DNA of 63,166 nucleotides, the filler included, from Licmophora abbreviata (taxonomy: Eukaryota), in assembly GCA_900291995.1 (NCBI GenBank). It is 6 parts of 6 records of this genome, joined end to end, with 100 filler letters (N's around TTAATTAATTAA, not from the genome) between each part and the next. Parts side by side here need not be neighbours in the genome. Positions count along the whole stretch, not along the records: positions 22,066 to 37,751 come from OLMU01003353.1; positions 37,852 to 41,105 come from OLMU01003356.1; positions 41,206 to 50,760 come from OLMU01003357.1; 3 more parts are not named here. One strand, given 5' to 3'. Under the pieces are notes generated by a model, which made no database searches, was not told the DNA's origin, and saw only the letters and a list, made by a program, of their open reading frames with translations. The number at the start of each line of letters is the position of its first letter. The first letter of the stretch is position 1. Made by a program: the position numbers and the translations under genes. Positions 33,435-43,760 of the stretch are shown here, piece by piece.

Positions 33435-35528
33435 ATGCTGCGACTCCTATCGTCGGCGCATCCCTCCAGGATCGGCCTACTGCAACTGCACCGACCATGC
33501 CCTGTACTAGCGCCGATGATACGTCGCTTGTTCTCATCCTCGAATGCCATTGACCATCATGAACAACAACAACAACAACAACACATTCGCATCTTGTACG
33601 GCACACAGGGAGGGACAGCTCAAATGTTTGGCATGCAGCTGCAAGACGCCTTGCAAACGACCCAGCCTGAGTCCACCGCCGTGAGTCTCATGGGCCTTCA
33701 TGAAAACAAGCCCCCTGATGTACTACTACCTGTAGTAGGAGTGCCACCCTCACATCCAAGCAACAACAACAAGATTACCGTCGCGGAGGATGCAATTCAC
33801 ATTTTTCTCATTTCCGTTGCCGGCGTCGGCGAACCTCCCGACAATGCCCGAGCCTTTTACGAGTACATTATGAATACTAACAGTACAACGACACTGGACA
33901 AGATGCGCTACACGGTCTTTGGATTGGGCAATCGCAAGGCGCATCCGAATCATTACAATGTCATTGGGAAACGATTGGATCAAAGATTACAAGACCTTGG
34001 TGCAACACGTGTATTTCCATTGGGATTGGGAGATGATGGAGAGTGTATTGAAGATGACTTTGATGTGTGGATGGAGGAGTTGGTAACATCACTTCAACAA
34101 CAGGAAAGAACCAGTGGTATCACCATGGCACAAGAAGGAGCTTCATCAGTACAACCCGTAGTGGGCGAAACAGTGGTGGCACCAGTCAAGATAAACAAAC
34201 AAGCCGAGCTCGATTCTTCCACCACAACAAGTGCACGACGCGTGCCAGACAAATATCCCACCTTGACTCTCTCCCCGCCCAAGAGCGACGTGGTCCGAGA
34301 TGACTTATTGCCAGAAACTTCCACGGAACGCAATGAGCTGTCGTCCTTATACTATGCTCCCGATGTGAACAGATTGGTCGTGGCCGACAATCGACCGCTT
34401 GGCGTGCGGAGCATGGAGTACGGGCTGCGGGAGCTGACAGTGTCGTTGCCCGACCATGTCACGTATGAAGCAGGGGATCATTTGGTCTTGTACCCTCGGA
34501 ACTCAAACTGTGTCACGGAGGCGTTCCTGCAGCTGCTCGACGTGGACCCGCATGCTGTGATCGAGCGCGTCGGTTCCTCGAGCAATGAGCGCACAACCCG
34601 GAACCGGCAATATCCTTTTCCTACCGGTATTTCGGTCATGGAAACGTTATCACATTGTGTGGATCTGGGGGCACCGCCATCACCCGCGTTTGCTCGATTG
34701 CTGTTGGGAAGGCAAGACGTTTCATACAAGGATGAAATTGTGAATCCTCGAAGGACTGTATTGGATTTGGCCTTGGAGGCACATTCAAAGCTGTCCCTAG
34801 AGGAATGGTTGTTCAATCTCCCTCCTATGCAGCCTCGCTTTTATTCCATTGCATCATCACCATTGGCGCACCCACACGACATCCTTCTTACCTACCGACC
34901 CGTAAAATACGTGACATCCAGAGGGGTCTTGCGAGAAGGCGTCTGTACAAGCTACATGCAGAATCTGGGAGTACCGGTAGACGACTCGCCACCCTCTCAT
35001 GTTGTGGCAGCCATTCGATCGAATCCCACGTTCCGACTGCCACGAGATCACACGGCACCCGTGTTGCTCATTGCGGGTGGATGTGGAATTGCACCGATAC
35101 GAGCCTTTCTAGAGGAACGCCTGACGATGTACAATCAAGGCACGGTAACGCAGTTTGGTGAATCTCATTTGTTTCTAGGATTCCGTAGTCCTTTGGACGA
35201 GGTCTACCAACGGATGGTGGCTGAAGCAACAGAGAAAGACGTTGTGTCTGAGGCGCACGTTTCGTATACGGCTGGATGTGTGACGGCCGAACAGAACTGT
35301 CGATTGGTATCCGACACACTGCGCGTCAATGGCTCGCTTGTGTGGGAATTATTCCAAAGGGGAGGATACGCATACCTGTGCGGAGGTGCCCGCACGTTTG
35401 GTGCCGCAATCGAAAGAGAGGTTATGGATGTGTTTCAAGAACACGGCAATCTATCGGCAGAAGAGGCCACAAAGTATCTTCAAAAGCTCATCAAGGAAGG
35501 ACGATTCTGTGAGGATCTCGCAGATTGA
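33435..35528 (+). CDS. Diflavin (FMN/FAD/NAD(P)H) reductase of the CPR/NOS-reductase/CysJ family, with mitochondrial-type presequence
   Basis: Flavodoxin motifs ILYGTQGGTA, GVGEPPDNA, YTVFGLGN, LGLGDD; FAD motifs YEAGDHL, PRFYSIASS, GVCTSY; NAD(P) motifs AGGCGIAPIRAF, LFLGFRS, YLCGG; no N-terminal TM anchor; presequence ending ...IRRLFSS. Confidence 0.9.
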   Translation: MLRLLSSAHPSRIGLLQLHRPCPVLAPMIRRLFSSSNAIDHHEQQQQQQHIRILYGTQGGTAQMFGMQLQDALQTTQPESTAVSLMGLHENKPPDVLLPVVGVPPSHPSNNNKITVAEDAIHIFLISVAGVGEPPDNARAFYEYIMNTNSTTTLDKMRYTVFGLGNRKAHPNHYNVIGKRLDQRLQDLGATRVFPLGLGDDGECIEDDFDVWMEELVTSLQQQERTSGITMAQEGASSVQPVVGETVVAPVKINKQAELDSSTTTSARRVPDKYPTLTLSPPKSDVVRDDLLPETSTERNELSSLYYAPDVNRLVVADNRPLGVRSMEYGLRELTVSLPDHVTYEAGDHLVLYPRNSNCVTEAFLQLLDVDPHAVIERVGSSSNERTTRNRQYPFPTGISVMETLSHCVDLGAPPSPAFARLLLGRQDVSYKDEIVNPRRTVLDLALEAHSKLSLEEWLFNLPPMQPRFYSIASSPLAHPHDILLTYRPVKYVTSRGVLREGVCTSYMQNLGVPVDDSPPSHVVAAIRSNPTFRLPRDHTAPVLLIAGGCGIAPIRAFLEERLTMYNQGTVTQFGESHLFLGFRSPLDEVYQRMVAEATEKDVVSEAHVSYTAGCVTAEQNCRLVSDTLRVNGSLVWELFQRGGYAYLCGGARTFGAAIEREVMDVFQEHGNLSAEEATKYLQKLIKEGRFCEDLAD

Positions 35529-35614
35529 CGCACAAAATAGTGTGGAACGAGACAGGGTAAACATGATAGCAAACACGGCTAAGTTTCCTTCTCTGTGTAC
35601 TAGTGCCATTGAGA

Positions 35615-37687
35615 TCACCACTCGGTCTCTCTGTAGTCTTTGAGGAACTTGCCATATACATGGGAAGCCGTGCAGCCTTCATTGACCCCCGTAAACACAG
35701 GATCGAGAATCCGTGCCGCCGCGTCAATCTCGTCTATTGGCGTCTGAAACAGATTCGTCTTTGCAATCTTGTTAGCCTTTTCCAGTGGATTCTCATCATT
35801 TATCCAACCTGTGTCAACGGCATTCATGAAAATTTTGTGCTTCTTGGCCAGATCCTCCGCCGAAGTGCGCGTCATCATGTTGAGAGCCGCCTTGGCCATG
35901 TTAGTATGGGGATGGTTAGGCATTTTGTAGCGATAGAACTTGCCCTCCATGGCAGAGACATTGATAATATATCGATCGGGACGATTTGCATCGTCAGGTG
36001 GATACGCCATGAGCGGCTTGAGGCGTGAGCTGAGAACAAATGGAGCAATTGCATTGATAAACATGCATTCCATGATCTCCGGTGTTGACACCTCTTCCAT
36101 CTTGAGAAGCCATGAGTTGGTCTTCCTCAAATCCAACTGCTGTCCATTAATGTCAGACAGACCTGGAGGTAGAACGGCATCAGAAACTCCCACGTCTTCT
36201 GGAAGTAGAATCATCTGCGACATGGCTGCTGAGTGGGAGAGTCCAGAGGTCTCGAATGGCGCAGTATCATCTTCTTGACTGGTTTGTACAATTGATCGAT
36301 TCGAGTCAGCCACGACGATCGCGTTACTTGTGCTGCAATCAGCATCCACGTTGCTTCCATCCATTTCCACCGGCGTCTCCGATGCTTCCAGTTGGGCCAC
36401 ATCACCACTGCTATTTCGAAACAGCCGACGCCGCACTCTCTCAAACGCCACACATCCCTCCAGCAACGACTTGTGAACGTTGTCTGATTCACTCCACAGT
36501 GTCTGTTCCTTTTCCACCATAGGCACGTAGTACGCTCGCGGACGTCGTACAGTCTGACATGCATTATTGATGAGGACATCAACGCCCGACTCAAAGGATT
36601 GTTTCAAGTACCGCGTGAACGCTTCCAATCCCGTCACATCTCGCAAGTCCAATCCATAGATTTGCAATCTACTCTCCCACTGTTGAAAATCGGCTTCCTG
36701 CCGATACGTATGTGCCGCAGCATTGGGAAATCGCGTGGTGGCAACTACCGTCGCCCCCGCCCGCAGCAACTTCAAACACGTCTGATAACCAATCTTCACG
36801 CGACTACCCGTCACAATAGCCACCTTGCCACGCAAATTGGCCGTTTGGTGGCGTTTCTGCCAATTCAAGTCGGCACACGATGGGCACAGCTGATCGTAAA
36901 ATGTGTGGAGCTGACGAAAACGAACCTTGCAGACGTAGCAGGAACGTAGCTTGGCGGGGAGGGATGTAGACGTCGCAGCAGCAGTGTCCTCATCGCCATT
37001 CTCGACCGTACCCTCAGCCTGTTCCTTGTGACTCCCATTCTCCAGTAGCTTGACATTTGTTGTCACTGTATCGGTATCAACGTGTCCATCGGGAATGAGA
37101 TACTGTAACTTGGCCAGTTCCTCTTCTTGTGCGTCATTGTGGAGCTGATTTAATTTGTCCATACGGCCTTTGCGCAGATGGGTCGTCGCAATGTACATTT
37201 TCTGATGATGCCGTTCTGACTGTTTCTGGCGTTTGAGCGATCGCTCTTTGTAGCGGTCCTCAAAATGCTGATCCTCCGACTTGCCCCTGTACATGAGTTT
37301 CGATTGGAGTTCGATACATCCAGCCAGTGCTTTGCGGAGGGGGCGGAGACTCGAAGAAGAGCGGTAGACATCGACACCCGACGGCTCCGCTGCTGCATCG
37401 CAGGTCGATTTCTTTCGTTTCTTAGTCTTTCCAAGCTTCCCCACCTCTATCAAGACACGGACCGCTGTGTCCAAGTCGGACTGTGAAATGCCAGAAAGTG
37501 GGATCGTCGGATTGTCGTTTTCTTCTTTGTCTACTGATGCGGATGATGAGTTTGGAATATCGTCTTCGTTCGGAATGTCATCGCGGATGCTTTTATCACG
37601 CTTTGGCGCATTGCTCGAATTTCCTTCCATTTCCATTGGCCTGTTGTCGAGAGTCTCTGCGCTGATGCTTGTGGATGTCTTTGCCAT
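35615..37687 (-). CDS. Short-chain dehydrogenase/reductase with an N-terminal CxxC...CxxC module
   Basis: CYVCK...LCPSC; AIVTGSRVKIG, LINNACQT, INVSAMEG, HPHTNMAKAALNM, VDTGW. Confidence 0.85.
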   Translation of the reverse strand: MAKTSTSISAETLDNRPMEMEGNSSNAPKRDKSIRDDIPNEDDIPNSSSASVDKEENDNPTIPLSGISQSDLDTAVRVLIEVGKLGKTKKRKKSTCDAAAEPSGVDVYRSSSSLRPLRKALAGCIELQSKLMYRGKSEDQHFEDRYKERSLKRQKQSERHHQKMYIATTHLRKGRMDKLNQLHNDAQEEELAKLQYLIPDGHVDTDTVTTNVKLLENGSHKEQAEGTVENGDEDTAAATSTSLPAKLRSCYVCKVRFRQLHTFYDQLCPSCADLNWQKRHQTANLRGKVAIVTGSRVKIGYQTCLKLLRAGATVVATTRFPNAAAHTYRQEADFQQWESRLQIYGLDLRDVTGLEAFTRYLKQSFESGVDVLINNACQTVRRPRAYYVPMVEKEQTLWSESDNVHKSLLEGCVAFERVRRRLFRNSSGDVAQLEASETPVEMDGSNVDADCSTSNAIVVADSNRSIVQTSQEDDTAPFETSGLSHSAAMSQMILLPEDVGVSDAVLPPGLSDINGQQLDLRKTNSWLLKMEEVSTPEIMECMFINAIAPFVLSSRLKPLMAYPPDDANRPDRYIINVSAMEGKFYRYKMPNHPHTNMAKAALNMMTRTSAEDLAKKHKIFMNAVDTGWINDENPLEKANKIAKTNLFQTPIDEIDAAARILDPVFTGVNEGCTASHVYGKFLKDYRETEW

Positions 37688-37751
37688 GGTTTTTTGACGA
37701 GACTGTGATGAGGATACGAAACTTCGAAACTTCAGATTTCGCAGAAGTTCG

Positions 37752-37851
37752 NNNNNNNNNNNNNNNNNNNNNNNNNNNNNNNNNNNNNNNNNNNNTTAAT
37801 TAATTAANNNNNNNNNNNNNNNNNNNNNNNNNNNNNNNNNNNNNNNNNNNN
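37752..37851. other. Artificial contig spacer
   Basis: N44-TTAATTAATTAA-N44. Confidence 0.97.
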
Positions 37852-39081
37852 TTCTAGCCATCGACGTACCATGGCAAAGTGGACTCCCTTCAAGTCGCGT
37901 CCGGGGACCGGGAGATCGCGCGGTTTGGTCGCTCCAAGACAAAGAGCCAGAGCATCGTAATTGGCACGAAGCTCGTTGACGTCAACATTCTTTCCGATAT
38001 CAGCATTTGTGACAAACTCAATCCCCTCCTCACGAAGAAGATTGACGCGACGATCGACAGTCTCCTTTTCGAGCTTCATATTCGGAATCCCGTACATGAG
38101 AAGTCCGCCGATACGGTCTGCACGTTCGTACACTGTCACCTTATGACCCATCTGGTTCAACTCATCTGCAGCCGCAAGTCCAGACGGCCCCGATCCCACC
38201 ACGGCCACCGTCATGCCGCTCCGCTCCTTCGGGATACGAGGTGTAATAAGACCATCCTTCCAAGCCCTATCGACAATGGCATACTCAATGTTCTTAATCG
38301 TCACGGGACTATCGACAAGCCCAGCCACACAGGATCCTTCACAAGGCGCAGGACAAACACGCCCAGTGAACTCGGGGAAGTTGTTGGTCTTATGCAGACG
38401 CTCAATGGCCTCAGGCCACTGTCCGTTGTAAACCAGATTGTTCCACTCGGGGATCAGGTTGTTGACAGGACATCCTGTATGCGTCTGGCAAAAAGGAGTT
38501 CCACAGTCCATGCACCGCGCAGCTTGGACTTTACGTTCAACGTCCGTGTGATGCAAATCGTCTCCCTCCACGGGATTTAGTTCGCCCCAGTCCATGACGC
38601 GTTCCAGGGGTGCTCGATACGGCTCGGCGTTTCGCTCGTAGTTGATGAAGCCGCGAAGCTTTTCGATCGTCTCGTAAGAACCATCTCGCCTCTTGACTCT
38701 GTTTGCGAGTGTAGGGAGGGAAGGAGGGTGTCAGTGAGTACTTGTGCAGAAAACGAAGAGTGCCAAACATCCTGGGTTCTCCCAGCCACCGGCGAAGAAC
38801 ATAGAGTGATAGAGGCTCCGCCGCCACATTGACTGACTGTGGCTCACAGAATTTTCAGTACAAACTGTGCGTAGTTTCTACACAGATTTCACTTACTTTG
38901 GTTCATTATCATGATCATAGATACCCTCGCGCCAGATTTCGTGGCGTCCATCCTGACCGATTGGCCCACCTTGTTCAGTATTGGCACCTTTTTCAACTGA
39001 TGTCGACTTGAGACGAGTGACTTGAGCCGTCCAGGCCACGCTTGCCCGACGACGGGCCGTAGCGCAAGCGGAAGCCAACAT
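37852..39081 (-). CDS. gltD: NAD(P)H-dependent glutamate synthase small (beta) subunit, stand-alone, mitochondrial-type presequence; 3' end lost in the spacer
   Basis: [61 protein letters not shown]. Exon 1 (39081-38897; [12 protein letters not shown]...) splices across intron 38896-38699 into [10 protein letters not shown]. Confidence 0.92.
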
Positions 39082-39658
39082 GGTGCGCTTGGTGCTTGTG
39101 GTTCTGATTTTGTGTTTTGGAAGTGCAGAAAGATCGATCTTCCGTACATTGCTACATAGGATCTACGGAGTGTGCCAAAACTCCCAAACTTTTTCAGAAG
39201 GAATCTGGAATATGGAATCCACCCTTGCAAAAGCTTCTCGACGAAAACATCAAGACAATTCCCATTCAAGGTTCGGGGGCAAACACCCCGCGAAGACGAA
39301 AGGGAGAGAGAGAGATTACAAGTAACTAGAAATGGCCACCAAGCCATTGGCGTCACATCGATTAGGTTACGAATGTGACGTATCACGACGAGCATCGACC
39401 AATATTGGGTTTGTGGAGGGGGTTTACCTTAGTCTACGCGAGTGCGGCAAGCTACCTGGATCGCTTGCTATACAGGTATTGTACCGGATGTACCTACTCT
39501 ACTCTAGCTAGAGTACTCGTAGCTAGAAGTACCCCCCGACTCAACGCTGACTGCAATCGTTGGCCTTCATCCGTTTGAGTTTGCAAGGTAGAGCAAGATA
39601 GCGACGATAATTGCTGCATTTGTAAGCTGGGCGTATGTTCTTATTTATACAATTGCAT

Positions 39659-41068
39659 CTACTCTGGGATATCGTATTGACGCACTTGTAGTATCTCCCC
39701 TGCATCGCTCGCCTTATCGTGAACTATCTCTTCGTACCATTCGGACGTGTCGGCACGTCGCAATGCCACCGTCGCCACGCGCGAGTCCCAGTCTATTTCA
39801 AGAGATCCAAAATTGTTCACGCGAACAAAATCGTCCACTCTTCGCTCGTCGACTTCGTCACATGTCGCAGCGTTTGTACAGTTACTAAAGGCTCCATATG
39901 GGATGGTGTGAGTCCAGCTGCTTGCTGTAATTTCGTGAACACCATCGTATTCGTAAAATGCTCCGACATGCCGATCGCCCGACAGGATGAGCGTGAGTGA
40001 CGGGCTTTCACTTTGCGATCGCTGAATCATCTGTAGGAGTCGATCCCGTTCGTGGGGCAAATGGCGCCAGCAATCAAAGCCACTCGCATCCTGCAGCACT
40101 TGTATGGAGCTCACCACGAGTCGAACATCAATGTTGGGTTTGAAGATCTGTTCTTCCAGCCAGGTCCACTGCCTATCAGAAAGCATTCGTTTCGATTCAT
40201 TTTGAAAGTCTGGCATGTACACTTCCTTGCCGGGAGTGAACGGTTCGTCCGACTCTAAAAGTGGCGATCGATGAAATCGAGTATCCAACACAATCACTTG
40301 CACCCGTTTGTCAGCGACGCCCCAGTCGTACGAAATATACACCCCGTCGTCCAATCGTGCTCGTCGTTCGTCGTGAATGTTGAAAAAGTCTAGGAATAGT
40401 TCTTTCGCGACATGCTTGTAAGGATTCAAGCCCGAGGCATCGTCGACTCCATAGTCACCGTCATCCAACATCGACACAATGGGAAAAGAGCGCTTGGCAC
40501 CCTGAAATGACGGGTGTTCTCTCAGCTTTTCATACGATTGCTCGAGTTCCGGGCAAACGTCAGTGCGTTCCCCAGTACACACGCCATAGACATTGTCTCC
40601 CATTAGCATCACTAGATCGGGACCGTGCGTGGCGACAGTATCCCAATACGGCTGGGGCATGTCTTGAGCTGCACAAGATCCAAACACGATCTTTGAAATG
40701 ATCTGATTCGAAGAAGGCAGTGGTTCCCAGGTAGAAGCGAATGAGGACGATGCATCGTCTCGCACGACATAGAACGATAGGATAATGACGTCCACAAGGA
40801 GTGCCAGCACTAAAACGAGCAGTACCCTAATCCAAGCACGACTCCAATTGTATTGATGAAGAGTTGATGAATACCGCAGGTCGCCTTCCTCCCCTGAAGT
40901 CATTGGATTGAGAACTGTCACGTACTGCGTCCCATCAGCGCGGTGATGATGACTTCCCATGTCTGCGTGACGCCGTTGGTCATTCTCGTCATCGTGAAGC
41001 GGCGCTGTCATGATTCTATCTCCAGAGCCATCCTGGTCTGTAACATTCTCTAGGGATTGCTTCGTCAT
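39659..41068 (-). CDS. phoD: PhoD-family alkaline phosphatase/phosphodiesterase, type II membrane-anchored
   Basis: TM VLLVLVLALLVDVIILSFYVV; FGSC, GDNVY, DDGDYG, LDTRFHR, SGDRH. Confidence 0.85.
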   Translation of the reverse strand: MTKQSLENVTDQDGSGDRIMTAPLHDDENDQRRHADMGSHHHRADGTQYVTVLNPMTSGEEGDLRYSSTLHQYNWSRAWIRVLLVLVLALLVDVIILSFYVVRDDASSSFASTWEPLPSSNQIISKIVFGSCAAQDMPQPYWDTVATHGPDLVMLMGDNVYGVCTGERTDVCPELEQSYEKLREHPSFQGAKRSFPIVSMLDDGDYGVDDASGLNPYKHVAKELFLDFFNIHDERRARLDDGVYISYDWGVADKRVQVIVLDTRFHRSPLLESDEPFTPGKEVYMPDFQNESKRMLSDRQWTWLEEQIFKPNIDVRLVVSSIQVLQDASGFDCWRHLPHERDRLLQMIQRSQSESPSLTLILSGDRHVGAFYEYDGVHEITASSWTHTIPYGAFSNCTNAATCDEVDERRVDDFVRVNNFGSLEIDWDSRVATVALRRADTSEWYEEIVHDKASDAGEILQVRQYDIPE

Positions 41069-41105
41069 CCATGTAAATGTTTCAGTGGCGTCGAAAGATA
41101 CGCCA

Positions 41106-41205
41106 NNNNNNNNNNNNNNNNNNNNNNNNNNNNNNNNNNNNNNNNNNNNTTAATTAATTAANNNNNNNNNNNNNNNNNNNNNNNNNNNNNNNNNNNNNNN
41201 NNNNN
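41106..41205. other. Artificial contig spacer
   Basis: N44-TTAATTAATTAA-N44. Confidence 0.97.
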
Positions 41206-41338
41206 AACACACACACAGCGGTTTGAATGCGATTTCGCACCAGACCAATGACGATTGGCTAGCTATTTCCTTCATAGTCTGTCATGCTACTGGAATTGCA
41301 TCGCCCTATTGTTGTCGTTTACTTGCATCGTCCACCAG

Positions 41339-43351
41339 CTACGCATACTTCTCGCAGAACATTCTATGGTGCTCAGCAATGTCGTCAATAGCCTTCAAAA
41401 TCTTGTCTTCCGGTGGCAAGAACGTCGTCCGGAATCCATACCTTCCTTCTTCCTGACCAAAACCGCTAGCAGGAACTACACAGATTCCTGTTTCTTCCAG
41501 AAGCGATAACGCGTATAAGGTGTCCGGTGTGATTTCTTGCCTGTCCGCTTCGGCGAGGGCTTTTTCCGGAAGAGCAATCTTAGGAAAAGCGTACATGGCT
41601 CCTTCAGCTCGTACGCAGTCAATGCCATCGACCTGATTGAGACCTTCCACCAAAGCCAAGGCATTGCGTTTGAGACGCTCCATAATGGCACTCTCCTCTC
41701 CCACAAACTTGTCGTATGACTCTTCCCCGGGCTGAGGAGGCGTCACCATCAAACTAGTCATGATTTGGCCCGTCACACAGGAGCACAAGCCCGACGACGC
41801 CAGTTTGTAAATCTGACTTTGAACATAAGGACAAATGTTGTGAAGCTCCATATAGCCGCCACGTCGTCCGCACTCTCCAATGAGGCCTTTGCTTGTCGAG
41901 TGGAAACTGACCAGCTGCAGCTTCTCGCACCCCTCTGTTTCGAGGGCAACCTTTTTGGCGCTGACGAACTCTTTGTCTTCCGCATAAACGTTGCGTTGAT
42001 AGACTTCGTCTGCCAACAAGACAATTCCATTTTCCGCGCAAAATAAGCAAATCACGTCCAAGTCCTTCTTGCTCAATACCTGCCCTGTCGGATTGCCTGG
42101 GTTAATTACTGCAAGCGCCTTGACTTCAAGGCCTGAGTTCTTTGCATCAGTAAGCTTCTGGGTCAACTCTTCCTTGGATACAGACCATCCAGCAGACTCA
42201 TCGAGCATGTAGCCAACCTGACGTCCACCGAGACGTGCAATGAGGGCCGAGTAAATTGGATACTGGGGGATGGGAATCATGACGGCAGAGTTGTCGCCAG
42301 AAATCAGAGCCGTCAATATCATGTCGATTGCGCTCGAAGCGCCGTTGGTAAGAAATACATTCCCCGCATACGCCGGGTGTCCATCGCGCTCTGAGATATA
42401 ATTGGCCACCTTCTCTCGGAACGACAAGACTCCCTGCGATCCTGTATAGGCACCCGTACCGGCGGATCCGATCGCACTTCTAATTTCCTTGGCTCGCGCA
42501 ATCACGTCCTTGGGAAAGATTTTGTCGATATCGGGGTGGTCAATACCCTCCTCGGCAGGTAGGTCGCATAACGCTAGGACTTGCCGGTAAAATGTTATTG
42601 GTTTCTGCCCAACACCATGTGGATTGCCTGCGAAACGTCGGCAGCAGTCGGTCAGCAAAACAATTCACAAACAAAGATCTGGGCTGGCTGTTCCTTCATC
42701 TCTGCATTTACCTATGTTTGTAAATAGAATCTCCCGCCCCTTCGCCTTGAGGGAGTCAGCCTTCATGACAACCTCACCACGAACTGCGTACTGCATTCTC
42801 CTCAAACTCTGCGACATGGTGACCTCATTCCACGAGTAGTCCGAGTACTTGGATTCCTTTAGGCTCCCAAGATCGGGATGACTTTCATAGGAAGTCTTGT
42901 AGGACGTGTTTTTGGTCGTGCCGAATTTCGTAGCAATTATAAGCCAGCTTTTGAACTCCTTGATGTCAATCTTGTGATCGTCCGCGAGCACATCCAGAAT
43001 CTTGAATGCCTTCGGGTTGACGCCCTTGCCTTCGACCGCGTCAAGAAAGAGGAGGAGGTTCTCTCGAGAGATGAAGCCTGACATGCCAATGTCGATCGAC
43101 TTGAAGAGAGTATCGCTTCCGCGGCCACTTGCCAAATAGGCTTCCCAGCACAGTCTCTGGAGGAGTTTCTGCTGTAGGTCGGTACTTGGGACTGCGGGGG
43201 TCGAGAAGGGTGCGGCACGATGCGAACTCTTCCATCCCGACAAACTATTACAGGTCACCGCCGGCAAAACTGAGGGGCGGGTCATCATCATGCGGCCTAC
43301 AGCCGACCGCACCAGGGGGCGACCCATCATCGTCCTCAAAGTACTCAGCAT
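41339..43351 (-). CDS. Alanine aminotransferase with mitochondrial presequence and N-terminal EF-hand-like pair; 2 exons (intron 42628-42711)
   Basis: YAVRGE, TNIGNPH restored by splicing, PIPQYPIYSA, INPGNPTGQ, ADEVYQ, PLP lysine in SFHSTSKGLIGECGRRGGY, VVPASGFGQ, FRTTFLP. Confidence 0.93.
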
Positions 43352-43760
43352 GGTCCAAGAAAACACGGCAGATATCTTGTTGCACTTGTGTTACCTCTCT
43401 CGATCTTCGGATCGCTCTTCGGAAGTTCAATGTGTTTGTTCGTGATGTGAACGCGAACCCTGGGATCGAAATGTGACAAAAAAAAGATCGCACATTTTTC
43501 AGCTCGTGACTCGTGGTATACCATCAGACTCGTGACTGATGATGGTACTCGTACAGAACAATATCAAAACCCGGAGTTTACGAGGCGATACGACGCGGCG
43601 CCGAGAGAGAGCCATGATGTGATGTCGTTGTCGCAGCACTCTGCCAAGCGGCGACTACCGGTATTACTGTGTCGTCTTCTAGAAATAGAAGAGCTCCCGG
43701 AAGATAGATGGATAGAGGCACTGCAGAAACCCGGGACCTAGCACTCAGAATACAAGAAAA

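Noticed and set aside
33435..35528. Calling the reductase a nitric-oxide synthase or an ER cytochrome P450 reductase
   Set aside because: No oxygenase domain, no N-terminal membrane anchor and no C-terminal DVW motif
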